Of a stretch of 64,000 nucleotides of DNA, positions 37,455 to 49,124 are shown one piece after another; the first letter of the stretch is position 1; each line of letters opens with the position of its first letter. Source of the DNA: Malacoraja senta (lineage: Eukaryota). A program made the position numbers and the translations under genes. The stretch covers positions 9,178,001 through 9,242,000 of the forward strand of contig CM075991.1 in the NCBI GenBank assembly GCA_038087875.1, given 5' to 3'. The notes under the pieces are model-generated. The model was not told the origin of the DNA. It searched no databases and saw only the letters and a list, made by a program, of their open reading frames with translations.

Positions 37455-38345
37455 TCCAACAAATCATATTTCGCTTGGGCAGCTCACACCCCAGCGGTAT
37501 GAATATTGACCCCTATCTTCGTAACCCTTGCTTTCCCTCCCTCTTCATCCCTCCCTCCCCAGTTCTCCGACCAGTCTAAGTGTCCTCATTTACATTTTAT
37601 CTCTGTTTGCTTTGTTGTTACCTTCCCCAAGCTAACAATGATCTGTTCTACATTATCCTTGATCTCCATCCCCTTTGTCTCATTTTCACACCTTTCACTT
37701 CCTTATCTCAAGTCAAGTCAAGTCAAGTGAGTTTATTGTCATGTGTCCCTGGTAGGACAATGAAATTCTTGCTTTGCTTGAGCACAACAGAACATAGTAG
37801 GCATTTACTACAAGGCATTCTATAAATATATACACAATGGTCAATATACTGATAAAGTGCAAATAACAGTATTGGCTAGTAAAGTTCAGTGTTATGTCCG
37901 AGCCAGGTTTAATAGCCTGATGGCTGTGGGGAAGTAGCTGTTCCTGAACCTGGTCGTTGCAGTCTTCAGGCTCCTGTACCTTCTACCTGAAGGTAGTAGG
38001 GAGATGAGTGTGTGGCCAGGATGGTGTGGGTCCTTGATGATACTGCCAGCCTTTTTGAGGCAGCGACTGCGATAGATCCCCTCGATGGAAGGGAGGTCAG
38101 AGCCGATGATGGACTGGGCAGTGTTTACTACTTTTTGTAATCTTTTCCTCTCCAGGGCACTCAAGTTGCCGAACCAAGCCACGATGCATCTCTGTGTCTC
38201 CCTCTCCCCTGTCAGTCTGAAGAAGGGTCTCGACCCGGTACGTCACCCATTCCTTCTCTCCAGAGATGCTGCCTGTCCCGCTAAGTTACTCCAGCATTTT
38301 GTATCTATCTTCGGTTAAACCATCATCTGCTGTTCCTTCCTAGAA
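37455..38345 (+). mobile_element. Penelope 3' fragment split by a Rex1/Babar insertion
   Basis: QIIFRLGSSHPSGMNID (end of the GIY-YIG ORF) at 37460-37510; resumes at about 38187 with CTGAAGAAGGGTCTCGACCC. Confidence 0.75.
37710..38186 (-). mobile_element. Rex1/Babar-clade LINE 3' fragment
   Basis: ORF 37892-38182: WFGN..LQKVVNTAQSIIG..LLPSGRRYRS..FPTAIRLLN; (CAAGT)n tail. Confidence 0.88.
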
Positions 38346-38734
38346 ATTGGACATATTTGAATGCAAGCCATGCTAGTGCCCATTAGATTGCACGAACAAT
38401 CATTTATTTGTGGATTGATGACCACGGACACTACAATAACTGGCACTGGCCACTCAAATCAGCCACCCCGGACATGTTTATGATTGGTCTTACTGTATTT
38501 TAACGTTGTTTGTATCTATTTTAACTTATACTGTTCCATCAGGGACTGGATTGTTTTAGTGTTGTTATTATTATTATTATGTGTGAAATGTTTTAAACGT
38601 CATGTGCGATGCTCCGGTATTCCCTGGGAAACGTCTTTTCGTTTTGCACTGCACAACTGTTGCTTGCAAGATGACAATAAAGGAATTGAATTGAATTGAA
38701 TTGAATCAGAGGGTTGTCCTGGGCTCTTCCCACC

Positions 38735-39100
38735 AAGAGACAAGACAAGACAAGAGACAAGAGACACTTATTGTCGCGTACCAGTTGGTACAGTGAAATT
38801 TGTGGTCACCATACAGCCATACGAATAAAAAAGAGCACAGAACACGATAGTCTTTAACGTGGACATCCCCACACATAAGTTTCCCACTGTGAGGGAAGGC
38901 ACCAAAGTTCAGTCATCCTCCTCAGTTGTCCTCTGTTGTCCACCCGTGGTCGGGGGGCTCCCGAATCCCTCGCTGTCGCCACTAGGCACGGCCCGATGTT
39001 CAGGCCCGCTCGCCGGATGATGGAACTCCGACATCGGAACGGGAGAACATTCTCAGCTGCTTGGACATCCGAATCGGCCACTTCCTACCGGAGACCGCGG
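38735..39100 (-). mobile_element. Non-autonomous retroposon with (TCTTG)n-type tail
   Basis: Core shared with 855-1620 and 22845-23087. Confidence 0.5.
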
Positions 39101-39567
39101 ACCGTCTCTCTTCATCGGACAGACATCTAAAGACGTCACCCTGGGGCTCAATGGACACTTTTATGTTTCCATCCCAAATTGGCCAGTGAGAGTGTGATCC
39201 ATGACCTGTGTTGATAATTCACAGTGGAACAAGGGCGGCATGGTGGCGCAGCTGTTAGAGCGCTGCCTCCCAGCACCCGTGACCTGGGTTCGATTCTGAC
39301 CTCGGGTGCTGTCTATATGAAGTTTGCACGTTCTCCCAGTGACCGAGCTGCCGGAGGAGGTAGTTGAGGTAGGGACTATCGCAGCATTTAATAAACATTT
39401 AGGCAGGTACATGGATAGGACAGGTTTTGAGGGATATGGGCCAAACGCAGGCAGATGGACTGGTGTAGCTGGGTCATGTTGGTCGACGTGGGCTAGTTGG
39501 GCCGAAGGGCCTGTGTCCACGCTGAAAGACTATCAATAGGAGAAAGAATACAAGATTGGTGTGGGAG

Positions 39568-39752
39568 CGAGGGAGGGAGAGAGGGAGAGAGGGAGAGAGG
39601 GAGAGAGGGAGAGAGGGGGAGAGGGAGAGAGGGAGAGAGGAGAGAGGGAGAGAGGGAGAGAGGGAGAGAGGGAGAGAGGGAGAGAGGGAGAGAGGGAGAG
39701 AGGGAGAGAGGGAGAAAGGGAGAGAGGGAGAGAGAGAGAGAGAGAGAGAGAG
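39568..39752. repeat. (GAGAGAGG)n polypurine microsatellite
   Basis: Directly visible. Confidence 0.97.
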
Positions 39753-40544
39753 GGGGGAAAAAAACGGGAAGGAGATCTAATGCAATGATTTTTTTCTGAA
39801 TGATGCTTGCGGGATTTAATACAGATTAACTCTTTTCAGAACTAAATTCCTCTTGCACACTTTCATACCAGGAATGATTCTTCTTAGGGAACCTAATCTG
39901 AAGAAGGAAATTGGAAAGGAAGGATGAGATTACATTGAATGTTCAATTGGTGTTGTAAGGTCATGTCAAACAACTGCAGAATAGGGCGTGTAATACATTG
40001 AGGTTTAACAGCCAGTGGACTAGCTAAGATTCTTCAGTCTCAACTTAATCTGCAGTTCAGGGAACTTTGGCTGCATATGCACAAGAAATAATTTTGCAAT
40101 TAAATAGGTCGAGGTCATAAGTGATAGGAGCTGAATTAGGCCATTGAATGGCCTACACCAGATACAAAGGGATGGAGGAAAGAAGGGGAAGAGGGAACAA
40201 AGAGAAAGGATGGTAACAAGGCAGAAGGAAAGAGTAAAAGAGAAAAGAAATGACAGTGCAAGATGAAAGATGGTGAGCAAGTAAGGGATGAAGTGGTGAG
40301 TGTGGTAGTGATTTGATTTGTTTTCTGAAATCACTACAGTGGGATGGATGAAATGATGGAAATTTGAAATAAATAGAGATATGAAATATGAAATAAATAT
40401 TGGGACATGGATAGGATAGACAGTCAGAATCCTTTTAATCCAGCGTGGAAAAGTCAAAAAGTGAAGCGCATAGCTTTGAGGAGACTGAATCTTGAGCCAA
40501 AAAAACCCAAAGTGCTGGAGGACCTCAGGGGGGCGTAACCCATC

Positions 40545-40765
40545 ACTATCCCACAGACCAGGGACAATTCATCATTTTTACAGAAGCCAATTAACCTACA
40601 AGTCTGTATGTCGTTGGAGTGTGGGAGGAAACTGGAGCATCAGGAGAAATCCCAAGTGGTCACAGGTAGAATGTACAAACTTAGTACAGACAGCACCCAT
40701 AGTCAGGATCGAACCCAGGACTCTGGCACTGTAAGGCATCAGGCTCTATCTCTGCGCCACCATGC
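40545..40765 (-). mobile_element. V-SINE (HE1-like)
   Basis: Reverse-complement SINE pattern. Confidence 0.8.
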
Positions 40766-41447
40766 CCACCCCTTCCTTAGGAGGCAGAGAATGATGTTGT
40801 GAAGTAACGGAATTTGTTTTTCGGCAACTCTCCGGGGTGCAGGGCAGAGTGGGAATATTAGTGGCTAAAATGGTTCCATCTGCAACCCCGGGATGAAAAT
40901 GAAATAGGATTTTTGTTATTATCATTGACGTTCATTAAAGGGAATGCCAGAGAGTGGGAAGTGGAATTTATATTAAAACAACTTGTTGAGCATTCAGACT
41001 CAGAGTGTGTAATTATACTAATATTTAGATTGCAGAAATATGCAAATTTCCAGACTGTAATTTTGTAACATGCAGGCTGCTTAATTATGCTAATATTCAG
41101 AGTGTGTATCTGGGCTAATATTCATATTGCTTAATTACACTATCATTTGGATTCCACAATGCGCTTCCCTCTATTAGGAATTATTCCGCCTCCTCTATTA
41201 TGCTTGCTGCTTTATTCCAGCCTTCACTGATCCCTTGACACAAGTCCAAAGCTTTTCACTGTACCTCGATAAACTAAACCGAACTGTGGCGCAGCAGTAA
41301 AGTTGCTGCCTTACAACCACTGCATCGCTGGGGATTCGCGGTCGATCCCAACTACGGGTGCTTGTCTGGACTAAGTTTATACGTTCTCCCCGTGACCGCG
41401 TGCGTTCTCCCCAAAACCTTCAGTTTCCTCCCACAGTCCAAAGACGA

Positions 41448-42036
41448 ACAGGTCCCAATTCAAGGACCCAAGCAGTCGTTCCGGGTGCGACAGAGGTTCA
41501 CCTGCACCTCCTCCAACCTCATCTATTGCATCCGCTGCTCTAGATGTCAGCTGCTCTACATCGGTGAGACCAAGCGTATTCTTGGCGATCGCTTCGCCGA
41601 ACACCTCCGCTCGGTCCGCAATAACCAACCTGATCTCGCGGTGGCTCAACACTTCAACTCCCCCTCCCATTCCGAATCCGACCTTTCTGTCCTGGGCCTC
41701 CTCCATGGCCAGAGTGAGGACCACCGGAAATTGGAGGAGCAGCACCTCATATTTTGCTTGGGCAGTTTATACCCCAGCGGTATGAACATTGACTTCTCCA
41801 ATTTCAGGTGGTCCCTGCTTTCTCCTCCCCTTCTCAGCTCTCCCTCAGCTCTCTGGCTCCTCCTCTTCCTTTCTTCTTCCCGCCCTCCCCCACCCCCACC
41901 CAACATCAGTCTGAAGAAGGGTTTCGGCCCGAAACGTTGCCGATTTCCTTCGCTCCATGGATGCTGCTGCACCCGCTGAGTTTCTCCAGCACTTTTGTCT
42001 ACCTTCGATTTTCCAGCATCTGCAGTTCCTTCTTAA
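41448..42036 (+). mobile_element. Penelope-like retroelement 3' fragment with GIY-YIG endonuclease and pLTR
   Basis: FTCTSSNLIYCIRCSRCQLLYIGETKR..RFAEH..VAQHFN..RKLEEQHLI..GMN is a Penelope GIY-YIG domain; it is followed by the repeat that is scattered through the window. Confidence 0.92.
41911..41938 (+). ncRNA. Minimal hammerhead-ribozyme-like motif in the Penelope pLTR
   Basis: CTGAAGA-A-GGGTTTCGGCCC-GAAA-CG-TT. Confidence 0.5.
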
Positions 42037-42962
42037 ACAGAGGTTTGTAGGTTAATTGGCTTGGTGTATGTGTAAATAGTCTCTAGTGTGTGTAGGATAG
42101 TGTTAGTGTGTGGGGATCGCTGGTCGGCGTGGACTCGGTGGGCCGAAGGGCCTGTTTCCGCGCTGTTCCTCTAAACGAAGCTAAACCAGGTTGCCTTGTT
42201 TCATTCTACCTTAGAGTCTCCCAGTGCTTTTGATCAAGAGTTTAGTTATTTTATCACATGCAACCCCTCAAGCTATCGCTTGTTCACGCACGGGAAGTGA
42301 GAAATAACATTGTGAACAGCAATTACTACCATCCCTACCTGCCTTTGATGTAAATGACTTACTGCACCATCTGGGCAAAATTAACCATCTTGCTGGGCCT
42401 GGAGATAAATAAAAGGCCAGACTAGTTAAGGACGCAGGCATTACTTCCATGAACCAGGTGGAATTTTACCTCAATCCAGTAGTTTCATGGTTCCCATCAC
42501 AGACACTAACTTCTGCAGTGTATCAGTATGGAAACAGGCCATTTGGCCCAGAAAGTCCATGCTGACTATGAAGTTCTCATCTGCACTCATCCAATTTTGC
42601 AGCATTTAGCCTCTGGCACTTTGTGCCTTGGCAGTTCAACTGCTCATTTAGATACTTTTATTGCAGTCGATTTAATTACTTCAGTCCACATTCCCCAGAT
42701 GCAGCACAGGGATTTATTCAGTCCAACAACTGAACAGCCTCTGGAAACAAGAGCCACTGCCTCACCGCTCCAAAGACCCGGGTCCATCCTGATCCCCTTG
42801 GTGCTGTCTATGCGGAGTTTGTACGTTCTCCCTGTGACTGTGTGCGTTTCCCCACGGGTGCTCCGGTTTCCCACATCCCAAAGACTTGCAGGTCGGTAAG
42901 GTTTAATTAGCTTCTGTAAATTGTCCCTGTCGCGTGGGTGAGTGCTGGACTATGAGAGAGTT

Positions 42963-43376
42963 TTTTTTTTATTTTTTTTAATTTTTATTTATTAGAAGTA
43001 CATTACATTACAACCACATACATTAATACTCGTCATTTATATCTTCTTACAATTAATGTACTCCCTTTATTATTTTTTTTACACTAGAAAAAGAAAAGAT
43101 TGAAAGAAAGAAGAAAGTGAAGGAAAAAGTGCAAGTGTAGAAAAGTGTAGAAAATGTAACAACAAAAAAGGGCGAAGACCCTATAAGAGCGAAATTAAAA
43201 ACAAAAAGAAAAAGAGTTAAGAAATAGGCCCTAAGAAAAGAAAAGAGAAAGAGAAAAAAAGAGAAACAAATGTTTTTTTTTTGAGCATCACGTAAATAGG
43301 ACATACCAACTCTTCAACTATCATCCCCCCTTACCTGACCTCAATTTTTTATTTTTTTTAAGTACTTTTGCACCCT
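42963..43376 (-). mobile_element. L1 3' UTR insertion within a V-SINE
   Basis: Poly-T run with TTTATT; 15-bp TSD GACTATGAGAGAGTT at 42948 and 43377; 3' end similar to that at 14083. Confidence 0.85.
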
Positions 43377-43499
43377 GACTATGAGAGAGTTGATGGGGAT
43401 TTGGGCAGCATAAAGTTGATGAGTTGAAGGACAGTGTGGACACGATGCATCGAAGGGCCCGATTCCATGTTGGATGTCTCTATGTCATTTTTTTAATGA

Positions 43500-43766
43500 G
43501 ATACAGAGTGCAACGAGCCCTTTGGTCTACCGAGTCCACGCCAACCAGGCATTAGTCCTATCCTGCACACTAGGGCCAGTTTACAGAAGCCAATTCACCT
43601 ACAAACACCTGCACGTCTTTGGAGTGTGGGAGGAAACTGGAGCACCCTGAAAAAACCTACAGGGAAAAGCGTACAAACTCCACACAGACAGCACCCATAG
43701 TCAGGATCTAACCCGGATGTCTCTGGCGCTGTAAGGCAGCAACTCCACCACTGCGCCACCGTGCCA
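43500..43766 (-). mobile_element. V-SINE (HE1-like)
   Basis: Reverse-complement SINE pattern. Confidence 0.8.
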
Positions 43767-43799
43767 CCCTGTGACTCCAAGTCCAGATTACTCCAAGTC

Positions 43800-43992
43800 C
43801 AGTTCTACTCCTGGCCAATATATCTAGTCCTGACCAATGCAGATTCTCCAGATATTATCACGTTGCTGGCAGTGGGATCTTGCTGTGCATAGTTGACCAC
43901 TGTGACTCCCACTGCTGCCCTTCAGATGTACCTTACTGGCTGGAAAGAGCTTCGGAACACGTCAAGAAAGGTCCTATAACAAAAATCAAGTC
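43800..43992 (+). mobile_element. Ancient Deu-domain SINE relic (SacSINE1/AmnSINE1-like)
   Basis: TCCTGGCCAATAT..CAGATT..TTATCAC.TTGCTG..GTGGGATCTTGCTGTGCA..CTTCA..GTAC..TGGCTG.AAAG.GCTT.GG follows the recalled consensus order. Confidence 0.6.
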
Positions 43993-44004
43993 TGTATTCT
44001 GAGT

Positions 44005-44305
44005 AACCAGGCCTGGATAGAGTGGATGTGGGGAAGATGTTTCCACTGGTGGGAGAGTCTAGGACTAGAGGTCATAGCCTCAGAATTTAAAAACGTTCCT
44101 TTAGGAAAATGAGGAGAATTTCTTTGTCAGAGGATGGTGAATCTATGGAATTCATTGCCACAGAAGGCTGTGGAAGCCAAGTCAATGGATATGTTTTATG
44201 GCAGGGATAGATAGATTCTTGATTAGTACGGGTGTCGGGTGTTGTGAGGAGAGAAGGCAGGAGAATGGGGTTGAGAGAGAGAGAGAGAGAGATGGATCAG
44301 CCATG
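44005..44305 (+). mobile_element. CR1-clade LINE 3' fragment
   Basis: GGCCTGGATAGAGTGGATGTGG..GAAGGCAGGAGAATGGGG. Confidence 0.8.
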
Positions 44306-45221
44306 CGCGATGTACAGACATGCCGTGGCTGTTTAATTGCGCTCCAGCTCGGATTGTACAGATTGGCTAATATTTCGGAATGTGTCATTTCAAGGGCAAA
44401 GTGGTTGCAGCTCTTTAAACGACAAGCACTTGAAGCCACTTGTGATTTGTTGCATGCAGTTTGCCTTCAGTTTCTGGCAGCGGAAGGCTTCTAATTTCTT
44501 TCTCATTGAAGTTGGATGCGACAAAAACTAGCATTATACCCGAACCATCTGGCGAAAATATACATCACGCCAGCATTTGCAGTCTCCCTTGCAGAAAGCT
44601 AATTGATATTCTAAAATGTGCGGGTCTATGTAAACACAAGATTGAGAAGCCCACCGCACTGGAAGGTCAGGCGCAATGTCATCGTTTCTTGGTCTCTCCT
44701 GGAGGAGAGGGGCGGTTTATTTTGCCTGGTATGTGGCGTGCGGCAGTGATTTATGAGGCTCAAGCAGTGAGTCCATAACAGCGCTGCAGTATTACATGGA
44801 GTCCATTATCCTGTTGTTCCCTGCCCCAGCAATATTTTTAGGTACTCCATCCCTGTCAGGATTGAATTTATGGCGTGTAATTTAATTGTGCTATTGAAGT
44901 GTGGGTTTAAAGATTTCTTCATTTCTGATTTATTATCTCTTCTGTTTTTGCATCTCTTCCCAGACTGCACCAAGTGTTGGAGGTGGTTAGGTTTGGATCT
45001 CAATTTTCTTTCCCTTCCATTCACGTGGTTGGAGCGGTGTTCGCTTGCAGCCGAGGCAGCCATTCGCCAGAGTGTGTCTATAAGGTCTCTCGTTAATGGA
45101 ATCAATCCCACTGCCCCATTTTCACCTATTAAAGTCATAGAGTCATACAGCGTGGAACCAGGCCCTTCGCCCCAACTTGCCCACACCACCCAACGTGTCC
45201 CAGCTAAACTACTCCCACCTG

Positions 45222-45646
45222 ACTGGATAGACTCGGCTTGTACTCGCTAGAATTTAGAAGATTGAGGGGGGATCTTATAGAAACTTACAAAATTCTTAAG
45301 GGGTTGGACAGGAAGATTGTTCCCGATGTTGGGGAAGTCCAGAACAAGGGGTCACAGTTTAAGGATAAGGGGGAAGTCTTTTAGGACCGAGATGAGAAAT
45401 TTTTTTTTCACATAGAGAGTGGTGAATCTGTGGAATTCTCTGCCACAGAAGGTAGTTGAGGCCAGTTCATTGGTTATATTTAAGAGGGAGTTAGATGTGG
45501 CCCTTGTGGCTAAAGGGATCAGGGGGTATGGAGAGAAGGCAGGTACAGGATACTGAGTTGGATGATCAGCCATGATCATATTGAATGGCGGTGCAGGCTC
45601 GAAGGGCCGAATGGCCTACTCCTGCACCTACTTTCTATGTTTCTAT
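45222..45646 (+). mobile_element. Young CR1 3' fragment nested in an opposite-strand CR1 (about 45133-46150)
   Basis: Very similar to 19485-19931. Confidence 0.88.
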
Positions 45647-46434
45647 GCCTGCAATTGGCCCATATCCCTCTAAACCTCTCCCATCCATGTACCTGTCTAA
45701 TTGTTCCTTAACCGCCACCTCAAACTACCTCCTCAGGCAGCTCGTTCCCTACACCCTCCACCCTTTGTGAGAACAAATTACCTCTCAGATTCCTATTAAA
45801 TATTTCCCCCTTCACGTTAAACCTATGTCCTCTGGTTCTTGATTGCCCTTCTCTGGGCAAGAGACTCTGTGTGTCTACCTGATCTATTCCTCTCGTGATT
45901 TTGTAGACCTCTATAAAATCAACTCTCATCCTCCTGTGCTCCAAGGAATAGTCCCAACCTGCTCAACCTCTCCCTATAGCTCAGATCGTTTGTATCCTGG
46001 CAACATCCTTGTAAATCTTTTTTTTCCCCATACCAAATTGACAATATATTTTCTGTAACATGGTGCTCAAAGCTGACACGATACTCAAAGTGTGGCCTCA
46101 CCAACGTGTTATATAACTGCGACTTGACCTCCCATCTTCTATACTCATTACTCATGTCTTGGCTTCATGCTCTAATCCAAAGCGAGAGAGATGATTCAAG
46201 GTAAATGAGCTCCCTTATCTTGTCTTTGACATTTAAGCCAAGATGCGAAGCGTAACAATTTCAATAAGTGCTCAACTAATGGATTTATCTATTCTCCAGG
46301 CTGATGTTTCCCAATAATCCAGTTCAGTGTAACTGATAAACATATTCTGAAAAGGACACAAAGTGCTGGAGTAACTCAGCGGGTCAGGCAGCATCTCTGG
46401 ATAACATGGATGGATAAAGTCTTGGGTTGGGATC

Positions 46435-47609
46435 TGTAGATGATATATGCATGTGCCTTTAATATAGTGACCTCATCACTACTAACCACTCCCCATATCA
46501 CAAGTATAACTACAACCTCCCCACCCACAGATCGCTCTCTAGTTCCTGTGACAGACCACGTACAGCTAGTGCAATATGTAATGCTCCAGTATGAATAAAG
46601 ATAGTAAAGTAACGATGTGTCGTTATAGCTTCTTTACATGGTGTCAGATGTGGGATTCTGACGCCCCCTGCTCAGCGGCTCATGTCTCGCGCTACCAGAC
46701 TCCCGCTCCCTGTGGCCCAGCGCTCCCTCATACCGTCTGTCCTCACGCCTGCTGCGGTTCAGAAACGCATTGCCTTCAGGCACGATGTCCAGAAGCGTTC
46801 CCATGACAGGTCCTGCCACCCGCTGCCGCGCCTCTTCCCCGGTCAAGTTGTCCGCATGCAGACCCCTTCCGGTCACTCCAAGCTCGCTACCGTCATCGGC
46901 TCTGCGGGGTCGCCCAGGTCTTATCTCGTCGACCATGCGGGAAGACATTTACCGACGGTCCCGCCAGCACCTTCGGCTCGTCAACGAGCCGCGTCCGCCC
47001 GCCGCGGATCCCTTTGCTCCCCCACTGCCGTTTCCGCGTCCGGGCGATGCTCTGCCCGTCCTTCCTAACATGCAACGGTCTACACCACCTCAACTCCTTC
47101 CGTCCCACCTTACTCCGGCTAGTCCTCGCTCGCCTGCCCGCGCTCTGCCCGCTCCTGATCCCGCATCACCTCCGGTTCTGGTGCCGCGGTCTCCTCCGTC
47201 TCATCCCGTTTCCCCCTTTTCGGTTCGTCTGCCCCCATCGGTGCCTCTTCTTCCTGCCGGAAGGGAGGATGGCGAGATGCGAACCCGGTCAGGACGTCTT
47301 GTCAAACCGCCTGTCCGCTATGGCGATTTTGTTTAACCGTCCTAGCGCATGAGCCGTGGTCGCCCTGTCACTATTGTATTTGCCTGTCATTTCCAAGGGG
47401 AAGGGTGTAGATGATATATGCATGTGCTTTTAATATAGTGACCTCATCACTACTAACCACTCCCCATATCACAAGTATAACTACAACCTCCCCACCCACA
47501 GATCGCTCTCTAGTTCCTATGACAGACCACGTACAGCTAGTGCAATATGTAATGCTCCAGTATGAATAAAGATAGTAAAGTAACGATGTGTCGTTAGAAC
47601 TTCTTTACA
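46435..47609 (+). mobile_element. Miniature (internally deleted) Gypsy-type LTR retrotransposon with two LTRs
   Basis: 204-bp LTRs (46435-46638, 47406-47609; TG..CA), TSD GGATC, PBS TGGTGTCAGATGTGGGAT, PPT AAGGGGAAGGG; the interior encodes only the Pol C-terminal tail (PAQRLMSR..PRSYLV..YRRSRQHL..TRSGRLVKPPVRY). Confidence 0.95.
46639..46656 (+). promoter_or_regulatory. Primer-binding site, tRNA-Leu-like
   Basis: Immediately 3' of the 5' LTR; one mismatch to TGGTGTCAGAAGTGGGAT, the complement of the tRNA-Leu(CAA) 3' end (recalled). Confidence 0.7.
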
Positions 47610-47967
47610 GGATCCTTCTTCAGACTGGATAATACGAATCATATTCCAGGGGGTTTATTAATGGTTGAAAATGGCTTAGACACAAAAAGCTGGAGTAACT
47701 CAGCGGGACAGGCAGCATCACTGGAGAGAAGGAATGGGCGACGTTTCGGTTCGAGACCCTTCTTCAGCCAAACATTGAAGATGGGAGTGAAGGTCAGCTG
47801 GTGGGCTGCAGCCAGACTGGCATTGGGATAACTAGTGTGGGTTTGTGGCAGGGACCGGCCTTTGGAGCGCTTGAATATTTCCTGCTCCCTTCACGTTCAA
47901 TGAGTTCACCAGGAACTCGCTACTGGACGCTACTGTGTAAAATGTTTTTTTTTTAAAGTGGAATAAA

Positions 47968-48548
47968 TGATGTTGTCTAACTGGAGAGAGTGCAGAGAAG
48001 ATTTACGAGGAAGTTGCCAGGACTTGAGGGCCTGAGCTATGGGGGGGGGGGGGGGGGGTTGAGCAGGCTAGGACTCTATTCCTTGGAGTGCAGGAGGCTG
48101 GGAGGTGATCTTATAGAGGTGTACAAAACCAAGAGGGTGTACGCTAAGAGTCTCGTGCCCAAAGTAGGGGAATCGAGAACGAGAGGTCATGGGTCTGAGG
48201 TGAGAGAGGAAAGATTTAATAGGAGTGGGGCATATCTGAAGAAGGGTTTCGGCCCGAAACGTTGCCTATTTCCTTCGCTCCATAGATGCTGCTGCACCCG
48301 CTGAGTTTCTCCAGCTTTTTTGTGTACCTAAGATTTAATAGGAACCTGAGGGGTACCTTCTGTACACAAAGGGTGGTGGGTGTATTGAACGAGCTGCTGG
48401 TGGAGGCTTAAGAAAAGTTTAGACAGGTGCAGTACATGGATAGGACAGGTTTAGAGGGATATGGCCCAAACGCATGCAGGTGGGACTAATGTAGATGGGG
48501 GCAAGTTGGTCTGAAGGGCTTGTTTCCACACTCTGATTCCATGACTGT
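47968..48548 (+). mobile_element. CR1-clade 3' fragment interrupted by a 105-bp Penelope-derived insert
   Basis: QRRFTRKLPGLEGLSY..GESRTRGH; resumes after the TSD at 48330. Confidence 0.85.
48225..48329 (+). mobile_element. 105-bp Penelope-derived insert with a hammerhead-like core
   Basis: 14-bp TSD AAGATTTAATAGGA (48211, 48330); core CTGAAGA..GAAACGTT starts at 48236. Confidence 0.85.
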
Positions 48549-48745
48549 AAAAAATTTAAACATTAATGAGCATCGAATAGTAATAATCCAAGTCTGTTAT
48601 TCTGGGTGACAGATTATTGGAGTTTTGTCACAGTCGTATTGGGTCTCGACCCGAAATGTCACCCATTCCTTCTCTCCAGAGATGCTACCTGTCCCGCTGA
48701 GTTACTCCAGCTTTTTGGGTCTATCTACAGTCATATTGAAGTTAC

Positions 48746-49050
48746 GTTTAGTTTAGTTCAGAGATACAGTGCGGAAACAGGCCCTTCGGCCCATGGAGTC
48801 CGCACCGACTAGCATTCCCCGCACATTAACACAATCCTACACGAGGGACAATTCTTACATTTATACCAAGCCAATTAACCTACAATCCTGTACGTCTTTG
48901 GAGTGTGGGAGGAAACCGAAGATCTCGGAGAAAACCCACGCGGGTCACGGGGAGAACGTACAAACTCCGTACAGACACCACCCGTGGTCGGGATCGAACC
49001 CGGGTCTTTGGTGCTGTAAAGCAGCAACTCTACCGCTGCGTCACCGTGCC
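48746..49050 (-). mobile_element. V-SINE (HE1-like), full length
   Basis: Reverse-complement SINE with a (TTTAG)n tail. Confidence 0.85.
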
Positions 49051-49124
49051 GCCCTTGTGGGAGCTTGCCAGGCACAGATTGCCCACTGCAGTTACTCCAT
49101 CACAACAGGGCCTACAGTTCAAAA

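Larger units (their letters stand above)
41286..42186 (+). mobile_element. V-SINE interrupted by a Penelope element
   Basis: The SINE breaks at CCAAAGACG (41446) and resumes at AGGTTTGTAGG (about 42041). Confidence 0.8.

Noticed and set aside
39497..39799. ERGR-repeat ORFs
   Set aside because: Translations of a (GAGAGAGG)n microsatellite.
41362..41979. Stand-alone 205-aa GIY-YIG nuclease gene
   Set aside because: Chimeric frame: SINE-derived N-terminus, Penelope EN fragment and pLTR read-through.
44935..44990. Strong splice acceptor (..CATCTCTTCCCAG)
   Set aside because: No strong donor or recognisable coding frame downstream; kept only as part of the candidate regulatory block.
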